The notes beneath the pieces are model-generated. The model searched no databases and was not told the origin of the DNA. It saw nothing but the letters and a program-made list of their open reading frames with translations. From an uncultured Pelagibacteraceae bacterium (lineage in GTDB: Bacteria > Pseudomonadota > Alphaproteobacteria > Pelagibacterales > Pelagibacteraceae), in assembly GCA_902577625.1 (NCBI GenBank), contig CACGZX010000001.1, positions 44,146 to 108,145 on the forward strand: DNA of 64,000 bases, written 5' to 3'. Numbering within the stretch: the stretch's first letter is position 1; every line of letters starts with the position of its first letter. A program made the position numbers and the translations under genes. Positions 37,668 to 47,936 of the stretch are shown one piece after another.

Positions 37668-40112
37668 ATGAATAAAGAACTGCCTAGCAGTACAAAAGTT
37701 GTTGTTATAGGAGGTGGTGTAACCGGTTGTTCAACAGCATATCACTTAGCAAAATTTGGCTGGAAAGATACTATTTTACTTGAAAGAGATCAGCTAACTT
37801 CAGGTACTACTTGGCACGCTGCTGGCCTTGTTAGTCAATTAGGTCCCTCTGCAGGTGTAACAAAGATTAGAAAATATTCTTTAGAACTTTATAAAAAACT
37901 AGAGAAAGAAATAGATTTTTCTAGTGGATTAAAATTAAACGGAGCCTTATCAATTGCAACTACAAAGGGAAGATGGCAGGAACTTAAAAGACAAGCGACC
38001 ACAGCACAATTGTTTGATGTAAATGTTGAAGTATTAAATATTGATCAGATAAAAAAAATTTATCCAATCATTAATGAAAAAGATGTTTTAGGTGGAATTT
38101 TTATGCCAGGAGATGGTCAAGCTGACCCAATAGGAGTAACTAATTTACTCGCAAAAGCTGCGCGAAAAGAAGGTGTTAAAATATTTGAAAAATCACCAGT
38201 TGAAAAAATAATTAAAAAAAATGGAAGGGTGGCAGGAGTTATTGTAAACGGTAAAACTATTAAATGTGAATACATTGTTCTTGCAACAGGTATGTGGTCC
38301 AGACAAATAGGCGAAGATACAGGTTTTAGCATACCTTTATATCCTGCAGAACATTTTTATGTAATTACTGAAGGTATTAATGAATTACCAAAAAATATCC
38401 CTGTTTTGAGAGATTTTGACGACAGTTTATATTTAAAAGAAGATGCGGGAAAAATGTTAATAGGAATATTTGAAGGAAAATCAATTCCTGCTTTTAATAA
38501 AACTAATAGAGTTCCAGAAGATTTTTCATATGGTGAATTTCCAGAAAATTTTGAACATTTTGAACCTTATTTAGAAGCAGCTTTAAAAAGAGTTCCAATG
38601 CTAGAAAAAGCTGGAATTAGAAAATTTTTTGCTGGACCAGAATCTTTTACACCAGACACAAATACTCTATTAGGAGAAATACCAGGATTTAAAAATTTAT
38701 TTGCATGCTGCGGATTAAATAGTATCGGAATTGGAAGTGGAGGAGGTGTAGGTAAAGTTACAGCCGAATGGTTAATGAATGGTCATATTAATGAAGACCT
38801 ATTTATTTATGACATTAAAAGATTTCAAAATTTTCACTCAGAAGTAAATTTTATAAAAGAGAGAATAACAGAGACTCTAGGAGATTTATATGGAATGCAT
38901 TGGCCATATAAGCAACATAAAACTTCAAGAGATCAAAAATTAGTGCCTTACCATGAAGAGTTAAAAAAAGCAGGAGCATGCTTTGGAGTATCAGGGGGAT
39001 ATGAAAGACCAATGTGGTTTGCAAAAAGTGGAGAAAGTGCTGAATATAAATATTCATATAATTATCAAAATTGGTATCCATCAGCAGAATTTGAAACTAA
39101 AAATACAAGGGAAAATGTTGGATTATTTGAATTAACTCCCTTTTCTAAATATGAACTAGAAGGCAAAAATGTACATGAAGAACTTCAAAAAATTTGTACA
39201 GCAAATATTAAAAAAGAGATTGGAAAATGTACTTATACTCAAATGCTTAATGAAGATGGGGGTATTGAAACAGACCTAACAGTTGTTTGTTTAAAAGAAG
39301 ATCATTATAGAATTATAACTGCTGCTGCAAATAGAGAGCATGATAAATTTCATATAGAAAAATATTTATCTAAAAATATTAAAATATCAGATAGCACTGA
39401 TGATTATTGTGTGCTCGGTGTATTTGGACCAAAAAGTAGAGATTTAATGAAAGATTTAAGTAACGAGGATTATTCTAATGAAAGTTTTAAATTTGGTACT
39501 GCAAAATATGTTAAAATTAATGAAATAAAAATTTGGACTCAAAGATTATCTTATGTAGGTGAATTAGGTTACGAACTTTATATTGAAAAAGATAAAGCTA
39601 AAGAGATATATAACTTAATTACAAATATCGGAAAAAAATATCAGTTAAGTCTTTGTGGTATGCATGCAATGGATATTATGAGAATGGAAAGTGGCTTTTT
39701 ACACTGGGGACATGACATTTCACCAGAAGAAAACCAATATGAAGCAGGTCTTAATTTTGCAATAAGTTATAAAAAAAATATAGATTTTATTGGCAGACAA
39801 CAATTACTTAAAATTAAAGAAAAAAAACAAAACAAACAATTTTTAATGCTAATTTTAAAAGATAGTAAACCTGGTGAACCACTAATTCTTCATGATGAGC
39901 CTATTTATTTAGATGGTAAAATTATTGGAAGAACAACATCAGGTAATTTTTCATTTAATTTTAATAAAAATTTAGCTTTTGGTTATGTAAAAATTGACGA
40001 AGATATAAAATCCTTAAAAAAAAATATAATTGAAATTGAAATTGAGAAAAAAAGATATGAAGCAGAAATTTTAACCAAACCTTTAAATCAAAAAAATTAT
40101 AAAAATTCCTAA
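37668..40112 (+). CDS. FAD-dependent oxidoreductase with GcvT domain (dimethylglycine/sarcosine dehydrogenase family)
   Basis: VIGGGVTG, LTSGTTWHAAG, GPESFTPD, SYVGELGYE, RMESG. Confidence 0.9.
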   Translation: MNKELPSSTKVVVIGGGVTGCSTAYHLAKFGWKDTILLERDQLTSGTTWHAAGLVSQLGPSAGVTKIRKYSLELYKKLEKEIDFSSGLKLNGALSIATTKGRWQELKRQATTAQLFDVNVEVLNIDQIKKIYPIINEKDVLGGIFMPGDGQADPIGVTNLLAKAARKEGVKIFEKSPVEKIIKKNGRVAGVIVNGKTIKCEYIVLATGMWSRQIGEDTGFSIPLYPAEHFYVITEGINELPKNIPVLRDFDDSLYLKEDAGKMLIGIFEGKSIPAFNKTNRVPEDFSYGEFPENFEHFEPYLEAALKRVPMLEKAGIRKFFAGPESFTPDTNTLLGEIPGFKNLFACCGLNSIGIGSGGGVGKVTAEWLMNGHINEDLFIYDIKRFQNFHSEVNFIKERITETLGDLYGMHWPYKQHKTSRDQKLVPYHEELKKAGACFGVSGGYERPMWFAKSGESAEYKYSYNYQNWYPSAEFETKNTRENVGLFELTPFSKYELEGKNVHEELQKICTANIKKEIGKCTYTQMLNEDGGIETDLTVVCLKEDHYRIITAAANREHDKFHIEKYLSKNIKISDSTDDYCVLGVFGPKSRDLMKDLSNEDYSNESFKFGTAKYVKINEIKIWTQRLSYVGELGYELYIEKDKAKEIYNLITNIGKKYQLSLCGMHAMDIMRMESGFLHWGHDISPEENQYEAGLNFAISYKKNIDFIGRQQLLKIKEKKQNKQFLMLILKDSKPGEPLILHDEPIYLDGKIIGRTTSGNFSFNFNKNLAFGYVKIDEDIKSLKKNIIEIEIEKKRYEAEILTKPLNQKNYKNS

Positions 40113-40151
40113 TTTAGAACCATTATAGCGTGCTTTTTAAAGCAACCCAAA

Positions 40152-40175
40152 TTGGACGATCATTTAATTGTCCAA
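40152..40175. promoter_or_regulatory. Inverted repeat TTGGAC-N12-GTCCAA, candidate operator
   Basis: Read directly; 30 nt upstream of ATG 40206. Confidence 0.4.
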
Positions 40176-40205
40176 GATGAATTTATGTGGTTAAATTTGA
40201 ATTAT

Positions 40206-40424
40206 ATGAGTGGAGAGCAGATTACAAATGATTCAGTTGAGACCCAAAATTTGGAAGGTGAGCTTCACTCATTAAAAAATTCCACAAAAAAACGAAGAGT
40301 AGATATTAACGTTCTGTTAAACAAAGTAAGATTAGCAAAAAAAAAAGAGAAATTAGAATCAACTATTTTTTTTGGACTAGTTGCGGGCGCTATAATTGTA
40401 ACTGGAATAATAGTTTCTATTTAA
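40206..40424 (+). CDS. Small protein with C-terminal membrane anchor
   Basis: RRVDINVLLNKVR..KKKEK then a hydrophobic C-terminus; start uncertain (40152, 40185 or 40206). Confidence 0.65.
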   Translation: MSGEQITNDSVETQNLEGELHSLKNSTKKRRVDINVLLNKVRLAKKKEKLESTIFFGLVAGAIIVTGIIVSI

Positions 40425-41392
40425 GAAAAAAATACAATATTATTAATTCTTGAAATTATTTGGCTAAGTTTTTTTATGTTAATTAATCTTTGTTTATTTA
40501 ATTCTGAAAATAATTTTCCGTTTATAAGATAATAAAGGTTGTTTTTATCTTTATATATATCTTTTTGTTTTAATAATATTTTAAGTTTTCTAATTACCGT
40601 AGGTCTTGGAATTCCTGTAAGATCGCTAATTGACATAGCATTTATCCCTTTTTTATCTCCAACATTTAAAACTTCTTCTATCCATTCTTTTTGATAATGA
40701 CTTTTTTTTTCAGATTTTTTTAAAAACATTATTTGATTGTAAAGCAAGGATCCAACAATGAACCACATTTCTATATCATTATTTGCCAGTGCTTTTCTAG
40801 TAAGCATGTAATCTATTTGATAATCTAAAAAAATTGCTAAAATTTGAGTAAATCTTTCATTTATTTTTTTTATAAAAAATTCTTTTTCATAATATTTTCT
40901 TACTTTATTTTCTCTGTGCAATAAATATGAAACATATTGTAAAATTTTTGAAAAAGATTTAATTGTGTTTTCTGGTTTTTGAAGAAGACCTGCTTTTAAA
41001 GTAACTGAAATTTTTTTTTTATTTTTTATTAATATTCCTTCTTCTTCTAATTCTAAAATCTTTCTTCTTGCTGTTTCCTTAGAAAGCCTAAGTTTTTGTG
41101 ATATTTGAATTATATTAATTTTTTCTAAATTAAATCTAGGATTGATATAAAATTGATTTAAAGACTTAAATTTAAATAATTCATTAAGTTCAACAAAATT
41201 TTCTTTATATAAAAATACTAAGATATTATATTTATCTATATCATTTAAAGCACGATATGCTTGTTGAAGCCAAGAAAATTGAAACTCAACAAATAAATAA
41301 TGTATAGAATCATAATTATCACAATAGATATTATAAATATTTTCTTGAGTTATTTTAGTTGGGCTAGATAGATCAAATGTATTTTTTTCCAT
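40421..41392 (-). CDS. Tandem winged helix-turn-helix protein
   Basis: INIIQISQKLRLSKETARRKILELEEEG and INAMSISDLTGIPRPTVIRKLKIL. Confidence 0.75.
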   Translation of the reverse strand: MEKNTFDLSSPTKITQENIYNIYCDNYDSIHYLFVEFQFSWLQQAYRALNDIDKYNILVFLYKENFVELNELFKFKSLNQFYINPRFNLEKINIIQISQKLRLSKETARRKILELEEEGILIKNKKKISVTLKAGLLQKPENTIKSFSKILQYVSYLLHRENKVRKYYEKEFFIKKINERFTQILAIFLDYQIDYMLTRKALANNDIEMWFIVGSLLYNQIMFLKKSEKKSHYQKEWIEEVLNVGDKKGINAMSISDLTGIPRPTVIRKLKILLKQKDIYKDKNNLYYLINGKLFSELNKQRLINIKKLSQIISRINNIVFFS

Positions 41393-41446
41393 GTTAAATA
41401 ATTTTTTAAAAAAAATTGTACAAATTATCTATTGAAATTCAAACCC

Positions 41447-42481
41447 TTATTTAGAAAAGGTATCGTTAAATTGATTGCTAACTCTTACAAAAGTTGTGCA
41501 TTTACTTAATTGTTTTAATGAAGGTGCTCCAACATAAGTACAACTGCTTCTAACACCACCTAGTATATTCAAAATAGTATCTTTTATTTTTCCTCTATAT
41601 TTAATTTTTACTGATCTCCCTTCGCTACTTCTATAATCAGATAATCCACCATAATGTTTTTTATTAGCCGTTTCAGAACTCGAACCGTAAAACTCAACAT
41701 ATTTACTTCCATTACTTTTTATAATTTTTCCACCTCCTTCATCATGGCCAGCAAACATTCCACCAAGCATAACAAAGTCTGCTCCACCACCGAATCCCTT
41801 TGCAACATCACCGGGACAAGTGCATCCTCCATCAGCAATTATATGAGCACCCAAACCGTGAGCAGCATCAGCACATTCTATTACAGCACTTAACTGAGGA
41901 TACCCTACACCTGTTTGAATTCTTGTTGTACAAACACTCCCAGGACCAATTCCAACTTTTACAATATCAGCCCCACTTAATACAAGCTCTTGAGCCATGT
42001 CTGCTGTAACAACATTTCCAGCAATTATTGTTTTTGTTGGATATTTGTCTCTTACAGATTTTATAAATGCGCTAAAATGCTCTGAATAACCATTTGCAAC
42101 ATCTACACAAATAAATTTTATATATGAAAATTCTTTTAATGTTTTGTCTAATCTTTCAAAGTCTTCTTTTTTGATTCCAATGCTTAAAGATATATTTTTG
42201 TAAATAGATTTTAATTTTTTATATTTTTTTAATTTACTAACATCATGTTGCTTTGTTAAACACGTAATCATCCCAAAATCTGACAGGTTTTCTGCGATCT
42301 CTAATTCACCAACACCATCCATGTTAGCAGCCATTACTGGAATTCCTGACCATTCATTCTTGCTATATTTGAATTTATAAGTTCTTTTTAAATCAACATC
42401 TTTACGACTTGATAAAGTACTTCTTTTTGGTCTAAATAAAACGTCTGAATAATCAAGTTTTAATTCTTCTTCAATTCTCAT
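41447..42481 (-). CDS. guaC: GMP reductase
   Basis: KLDYSDVL.RPKRSTL.SR, DVANGYSE, VGIGPGSVCTTR, GYPQLSA, SEGR. Confidence 0.96.
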   Translation of the reverse strand: MRIEEELKLDYSDVLFRPKRSTLSSRKDVDLKRTYKFKYSKNEWSGIPVMAANMDGVGELEIAENLSDFGMITCLTKQHDVSKLKKYKKLKSIYKNISLSIGIKKEDFERLDKTLKEFSYIKFICVDVANGYSEHFSAFIKSVRDKYPTKTIIAGNVVTADMAQELVLSGADIVKVGIGPGSVCTTRIQTGVGYPQLSAVIECADAAHGLGAHIIADGGCTCPGDVAKGFGGGADFVMLGGMFAGHDEGGGKIIKSNGSKYVEFYGSSSETANKKHYGGLSDYRSSEGRSVKIKYRGKIKDTILNILGGVRSSCTYVGAPSLKQLSKCTTFVRVSNQFNDTFSK

Positions 42482-42530
42482 CGAGGATGAAACTATCTTT
42501 GAAAAACATTATTTCAATTGAATTCTGGCT

Positions 42531-42539
42531 TGTGGATAA
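42531..42539 (-). promoter_or_regulatory. Perfect DnaA box (TTATCCACA) between guaC and tRNA-Met
   Basis: TGTGGATAA on the plus strand. Confidence 0.45.
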
Positions 42540-42586
42540 GTATTGAAACAAAATATAAAACTATTATAAATCAACATGAATTAAAT

Positions 42587-42663
42587 GGCGGGGTAGCTCA
42601 GTTGGTTAGAGCGCGGGACTCATAAGCCCGAGGTCAGTGGTTCGATCCCACTTCCCGCTACCA
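42587..42663 (+). tRNA. tRNA-Met(CAT), elongator type
   Basis: GGCGGGG-TAGCTCAGTTGGTTAGAGC...CGGGA CT CAT AA GCCCG...GTTCGATC...TCCCGCT-A-CCA; 77 nt; 1-72 paired, so not the initiator. Confidence 0.92.
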
Positions 42664-42718
42664 TTCTTAAAGATTTCTTTAATATTGTTGAAATTTATTA
42701 AACTGATAAAGTCATTCA

Positions 42719-43135
42719 ATGATAAGATTCATACTAATTTTAGTAACTGGAATTTTATTTTCCAATTATAGTTTTGCAGTAATAAAGGGGAAAGGTGAAG
42801 TTAAAATGTCCTCCGCAACCTTAAATCATTTTACAGACTGGATAAAACTTGATCAAAAGCATGATGGAAGAAAATGTAAACCTGCTATGTTTATCATGTC
42901 AGAAGATGGAGAATATTCTCACAGCCATATTTGTTGTTATTCTCAGTGTCAAGATTCTTATTCAAATGATACTATTAGAAAATGTGAAAGAGAATCAGGA
43001 GTTTTGTGTGCTGTATTTTCTATAAGGAGAGTAATTATTTGGGATAACGGAATTAATAGAAGAGCAAAATTTAGATCTAATTGGAGTCGTCAAGAAATAA
43101 AAACTGAATTAATTAGATTAGGATTTTTTGAATAA
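42719..43135 (+). CDS. Secreted hypothetical protein with 6 Cys
   Basis: Signal peptide ending SFA, 138 aa. Confidence 0.7.
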   Translation: MIRFILILVTGILFSNYSFAVIKGKGEVKMSSATLNHFTDWIKLDQKHDGRKCKPAMFIMSEDGEYSHSHICCYSQCQDSYSNDTIRKCERESGVLCAVFSIRRVIIWDNGINRRAKFRSNWSRQEIKTELIRLGFFE

Positions 43136-43185
43136 AAAAAAACAAAATTCCTGCAAACTTAAAATAATAAAAATTTAGGAAGTTT

Positions 43186-43851
43186 ATGTCACAAAGGCAT
43201 GATTTTGGATCAAAGTTTTATAATATTAACTTAAGAAAGATGTTTGTAAAAGAACTTCTTAGTTTTTTTGGTAGAGCATTTCAAAAAAAAACAAAAGTTA
43301 ATAAAAACTATTTAAATTTGGGAGCTGGCTCTGAACAAACTTATTTAAACGATCAGTTTTTAAATTGTGACTTTTTTTCTTTAGATTATTTTAATATTTT
43401 TAAAAAAAAAAAAATATTTTATCTTGATCTTAGACATAGTTTGCCATTTTATGATAATTCATTCGATGGAGTTTTCTCAGAACATACTATTGAGCATCTT
43501 TACCCATCTGAATGTATTACATTAATGTCAGAAGTAAAAAGAGTTTTAAAAAAAAATGGAGTCTTTAGAATTGTTGTTCCAGATTTAAAAAAATATGTTG
43601 AATATTATAACACAAAAAATTTTGAGTTATTTAATAAGAATTTTGAAACTGGCTGTGAAGCAATATGGAATATATCTCAAAACTTTGATCATAAAAGTTT
43701 GTGGGATGCAGAGTGGTTAATGCATAACTTAAAAAAAGCAGGTTTTTTAAATTGTAAAGAATATTCATTTAATGAGGGAGAATTAAAAGATTTGATTATA
43801 GATCGAGATGGAAGACAGATTGAAAGTATCTATATTGAGGCAAAAAAATAG
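43186..43851 (+). CDS. SAM-dependent methyltransferase (surface-glycan locus type)
   Basis: LNLGAG, LPF.DNSFD, SEHTIEHL, RIVVPDL. Confidence 0.85.
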   Translation: MSQRHDFGSKFYNINLRKMFVKELLSFFGRAFQKKTKVNKNYLNLGAGSEQTYLNDQFLNCDFFSLDYFNIFKKKKIFYLDLRHSLPFYDNSFDGVFSEHTIEHLYPSECITLMSEVKRVLKKNGVFRIVVPDLKKYVEYYNTKNFELFNKNFETGCEAIWNISQNFDHKSLWDAEWLMHNLKKAGFLNCKEYSFNEGELKDLIIDRDGRQIESIYIEAKK

Positions 43852-43868
43852 TCTAATTTAAAGATAAG

Positions 43869-44573
43869 TTATTTTATAATTTTTTTTAATTTAGACAAGT
43901 TCATTGTCTGATTTAAAGGTAATGCAGAACTTTTTTTGGCTTTTATTTTTTTTACATTAGAATTATTTTTTTTTGCGAATGAATAAACTGATTGAGATTT
44001 TCCACCCACATTTAAAATTCCTTTTTGATTTATTATTTTAGGTAAAATTTTAACCAATTCTTCATGAAACATAAAATTACTTTTTAAATTTGAATATGCT
44101 TTTTTATGTAAAAAAGGTTTTTCTGTCATTGTAATTCTTAAAATTAATGAATTTTTATACATAGCTACAGCACACTCACCACCAAGTTTTGAAAGACCAT
44201 AGTTATTAAATGGTTTTACAGGATCGTTTTCGGAATAATTTCCACACTTTCCTTCATAAACATATCCAGTAGAAAAATATATTAATTTAATATTATTTTT
44301 TTGACAGACCTTAACAATATTCGCTGTACCAATAATATTTAAATCAATACTTTTTAAGATATTCTTTTCATGAATTTGCATTGGTCTTGATAGACCAGCA
44401 CAATGAATTAGAATTTTAGGTTTAATTTTTTTTATAATTTTAGTAATCGAATTTAAATTTTGTATGTCACATTGTTTTTTGGATACAAAAAATAAATCCA
44501 TTTTTTTATTATTTTTTTTTAAAATTTTTGCAAATCTTCCATCGCCACCGGTAACAAGAATTTTTTTTTTCAT
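43869..44573 (-). CDS. rfbD: dTDP-4-dehydrorhamnose reductase (short variant)
   Basis: ILVTGG.G, ST.YVY.G, P.N.YGLSK..GE; fourth gene of the rml cluster. Confidence 0.75.
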   Translation of the reverse strand: MKKKILVTGGDGRFAKILKKNNKKMDLFFVSKKQCDIQNLNSITKIIKKIKPKILIHCAGLSRPMQIHEKNILKSIDLNIIGTANIVKVCQKNNIKLIYFSTGYVYEGKCGNYSENDPVKPFNNYGLSKLGGECAVAMYKNSLILRITMTEKPFLHKKAYSNLKSNFMFHEELVKILPKIINQKGILNVGGKSQSVYSFAKKNNSNVKKIKAKKSSALPLNQTMNLSKLKKIIK

Positions 44574-45097
44574 TGTAAATGTTTTTTTTTAAATTCAAAG
44601 AAAGTCATAGCATTTTTATCTTTTTTTGAAACTATAGGTTTTTTTGTTGGCCATTTAATTTTTAATGTTTTGTCATTATATTTTATTGCTCTCTCACTTT
44701 TCGCATGCCTATATTGAGTACAACTATAAATAATATAATTTTCATTATCCATGCCACAAAAACCATGAGCGAAACCCTGCGGAATAAAAATAGATTTTGA
44801 GTTTTTCTCACTTAATATACATGTAAAGACTTTGCCGAATGTTTTAGAACTTTTTCTAAGATCTAAAGCAACATCAAAAATTTTACCTTTTAAAACAGAA
44901 ATATATTTACCTTGTGATCTCATTGTTTGTATATGAAGACCTCTAATAACATTTTTTTTTGAACGCGACATTACCGTGAAAGGTAATTTTTTTTTTATTT
45001 GTTTTTCTTTAATTAATTCCTTGAAGTATCCTCTTTTGTCTTTGAATGATTTATTTTTTAAAATAAACAAATTTTTAAATTTTGTTTTTAATATCAT
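44570..45097 (-). CDS. rfbC: dTDP-4-dehydrorhamnose 3,5-epimerase
   Basis: DKRGYF, RGLH, QGK, DVALDLR, GFAHGF. Confidence 0.93.
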   Translation of the reverse strand: MILKTKFKNLFILKNKSFKDKRGYFKELIKEKQIKKKLPFTVMSRSKKNVIRGLHIQTMRSQGKYISVLKGKIFDVALDLRKSSKTFGKVFTCILSEKNSKSIFIPQGFAHGFCGMDNENYIIYSCTQYRHAKSERAIKYNDKTLKIKWPTKKPIVSKKDKNAMTFFEFKKKHLQ

Positions 45098-45966
45098 TTA
45101 GAAATAAGATTTTTTAAATACTTTGAATAATTACAATTACCATAAAATTTTATAGCATTTAAAATATCTTTTTTATTTATCCATTTATTATTGAAAGCAA
45201 TTTCTTCTATACAAGCAATCTTAAATCCTTGTCTATTTTCTATAGATGAAACAAAATTACTGGTTTTATAAAAATCCTCTATAGATCCAGTATCTAGCCA
45301 TGCACCACCTCTACCTATAATTTCAGCAGAAAGTGTTCTATTTGATAAATATTTTTTTAGTAAGTCGGTTATCTCAATCTCATTTCTTTTGGAGGGTTTT
45401 AAGTTTTTTGCATATTTTATAACTTTATTATCAAAGTAATATAGTCCAGTAATTGCATAGTCTGAGTAATATTTTTTTGGCTTTTCTTTAATTCCTATAA
45501 TTTTATTTCTGTTATTAATTTTTGCTACTCCATAAAGCTCAGGTTTGCTTACTTTATGAAGGAAAACTTTTGCACCGTTTTTAAGCTTTTTACTTTCTAA
45601 TAACTTTTCAGATAAACTTTGACCATAAAAGAAATTGTCTCCCAAAATAAGAGCCACATTTTCTTTTCCTATAAACTTTTCTCCTAATACAAAAGCATCT
45701 GGTAAGCCTTTAGGATAATTTTGTTCAACAAAATTAATTTTTAAACCCAAATTTTTTCCGTTTTGTAACAATTTTTTGTACTGGTTAAGCTGACCTTTAT
45801 TTACAATTATTAAAATATCCCTGATTTTTGAAAGCATCAAAATTGATAATGGATAAAAGATCAATGGCTTGTCATATATAGGAAGCAACTGCTTATTTAC
45901 AGCTTTTGTAAGCGGACTCATTCTTGTACCATGTCCTCCAGCTAAAATAATTCCCTTTTTAATCAT
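45094..45966 (-). CDS. rfbA: Glucose-1-phosphate thymidylyltransferase
   Basis: KGIILAGG.GTR..P.T, KQLLPIYDKP, LILGDN, AWLDTG. Confidence 0.94.
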   Translation of the reverse strand: MIKKGIILAGGHGTRMSPLTKAVNKQLLPIYDKPLIFYPLSILMLSKIRDILIIVNKGQLNQYKKLLQNGKNLGLKINFVEQNYPKGLPDAFVLGEKFIGKENVALILGDNFFYGQSLSEKLLESKKLKNGAKVFLHKVSKPELYGVAKINNRNKIIGIKEKPKKYYSDYAITGLYYFDNKVIKYAKNLKPSKRNEIEITDLLKKYLSNRTLSAEIIGRGGAWLDTGSIEDFYKTSNFVSSIENRQGFKIACIEEIAFNNKWINKKDILNAIKFYGNCNYSKYLKNLISK

Positions 45967-46985
45967 TAAATTTTTCCTAATCTCATATTAATATCTTTTT
46001 TATTAAGTGATTTATAATATTTTCTATTATTCAAATACCATATAAATGTATTGTTAATTCCATCTGAAAATTTTGTTTTTGGTTTCCATTTTAATTTTTT
46101 TATTAATTTGGAACTATCAAGTGCATATCTTTTATCATGACCAGGTCTATCTTTTATAAATTTTATTTTTACTTTTTTTCCAATTTTAATATTTTTTTTG
46201 GCAGTTTTTAGTAAATTTTTGCATATTTCAACATTATTTAAATTTTTATTCGAACCTATATTGTAGGTTTCTCCAATCTTTCCATATTTAAAAACTTTAA
46301 TTAATGCTTCGCAATGATCTTTAACATAGATCCACTCTCTAGAATTTTTTCCATCTCCATAAACAGTAAGTGGTTTATTATTTATTATGTTATAAATCAT
46401 TTTTGGAATTAGTTTTTCTGGATGTTGCTTAGGTCCATAGTTATTTGAACAGTTTGTAATTACTGCTTTTATGCCAAAAGTTTTGATATAAGAAAGCACA
46501 ATATGATCAGATGATGCTTTGCTGGCTGCATATGGCGAACTTGGACTGTAAGGATAATTTTCTTTTGTTCTTCCTTTTAAAATATCACCATATACTTCAT
46601 CTGTAGAAATATGAATTAATTTAGATTTTTTGTTTTTTTTTGAAAATTTTTTAAACGCTTCTAGAAGATTAAAAGTTCCTAAAATATTACTATTAATAAA
46701 TTGTTCAGGAGAATCTATTGAGCGATCAACATGTGTTTCTGCAGCCAGATTAAATATTCCTATTGGTCTGTATTTTTTAAAAATTTTTAAAAGCCCATTT
46801 CTATTATTAATATTTAATTTTAAAAATTTATAATTTTCGCTGTTTTTGAAATCTAAAGTATTATAAAAATTTGAAGCATAACTTATTTTATCTATATTTA
46901 TTACAAAAAAACCATTTTTAATTAATAAATCAATTAAATTGCTACCTATAAAACCAAGACCGCCAGTTACTACTATTTTGTTCAT
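45966..46985 (-). CDS. rfbB: dTDP-glucose 4,6-dehydratase
   Basis: TGG.GFIG, AAETHVDRSI, STDEVYG, YAASK, NCSNNYGP, DRPGHD.RY. Confidence 0.95.
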   Translation of the reverse strand: MNKIVVTGGLGFIGSNLIDLLIKNGFFVINIDKISYASNFYNTLDFKNSENYKFLKLNINNRNGLLKIFKKYRPIGIFNLAAETHVDRSIDSPEQFINSNILGTFNLLEAFKKFSKKNKKSKLIHISTDEVYGDILKGRTKENYPYSPSSPYAASKASSDHIVLSYIKTFGIKAVITNCSNNYGPKQHPEKLIPKMIYNIINNKPLTVYGDGKNSREWIYVKDHCEALIKVFKYGKIGETYNIGSNKNLNNVEICKNLLKTAKKNIKIGKKVKIKFIKDRPGHDKRYALDSSKLIKKLKWKPKTKFSDGINNTFIWYLNNRKYYKSLNKKDINMRLGKI

Positions 46986-47042
46986 ATAAAATTTTTACAT
47001 TAATAAAAAAAAAAGTATATATTTAACTACCTATCATTTTTT

Positions 47043-47936
47043 ATGAGCAATAATTTTTCTGATTTAAGTATTATCATTGTTACCTATAAAACTAACTTAA
47101 GCGTACTAGAAAAATGTTTATCCTCAATAGATCCAACAGTAAAAATTGTTATAATCGAAAATTCAACAAAATTTATACACGAAGATCAGATCTCAAATAA
47201 TTATAGAAATGTGTCAATATTTTGTAGTGGTGAAAATACTGGCTATGGCAGAGGAAATAATTATGGCTTACAAAAAATTGATACAAAATATGCTTTAATT
47301 TTGAATCCAGATATAATTTGCGAAAAAAATTATTTTGAAAATTTAAAAAATTATCTAAATGATGAATTAGATTTTAGTGTTATTGGATCACAATATTTAG
47401 ATAACGAAACTTATGCACCTGCAGGCTTTTTTGACAGCGACCTAAGTTTAAAAGATGCCAGTTACATAAAAGATTTAAATCTCGCAAAAGTAGATTGGGT
47501 TGTTGGATGTTCAATGCTTATAAATTTAAAAAAATTTAAAAATAAACTAATATTTGATGAAAATTTTTTTCTTTTTTTTGAAGAATTTGATTTATGTAAA
47601 TTTTTAAAAAAAAATGGAGAAAAAGTTTATTCTTCTACAAAATTAATAGTTAATCATTTGGGTTTTAAAAGTTCGACAGATTTAAATGATGAAATAAATC
47701 TTATTAAACTAAGAAATTGGCATTACATGTGGTCTTATTTTTATTATCACAAAAAGAATGATGGATATTTTAAAGCTTTAAAAGTTTCATATGGAAAATT
47801 GTTAAGATCATTATTTAAAACAATTTTATTTACTTTGATTTTTAACAAAACAGAAAGAACAAAATATTTTTATCGTTTTACAGGATTATTAAGCTCTATG
47901 ATTGGAAAAAAATCTTTCTTTAGAATAAATAATTAG
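47043..47936 (+). CDS. GT2 glycosyltransferase (probable rhamnosyltransferase)
   Basis: SIIIVTY, N.GYGRGNN, LNPD, FDENFFLFFEE.D; divergent from the rml genes. Confidence 0.85.
   Translation: MSNNFSDLSIIIVTYKTNLSVLEKCLSSIDPTVKIVIIENSTKFIHEDQISNNYRNVSIFCSGENTGYGRGNNYGLQKIDTKYALILNPDIICEKNYFENLKNYLNDELDFSVIGSQYLDNETYAPAGFFDSDLSLKDASYIKDLNLAKVDWVVGCSMLINLKKFKNKLIFDENFFLFFEEFDLCKFLKKNGEKVYSSTKLIVNHLGFKSSTDLNDEINLIKLRNWHYMWSYFYYHKKNDGYFKALKVSYGKLLRSLFKTILFTLIFNKTERTKYFYRFTGLLSSMIGKKSFFRINN

Noticed and set aside
42640-47936. Prophage or integrative element at tRNA-Met
   Set aside because: No integrase or phage genes, and I saw no duplicated tRNA 3' end
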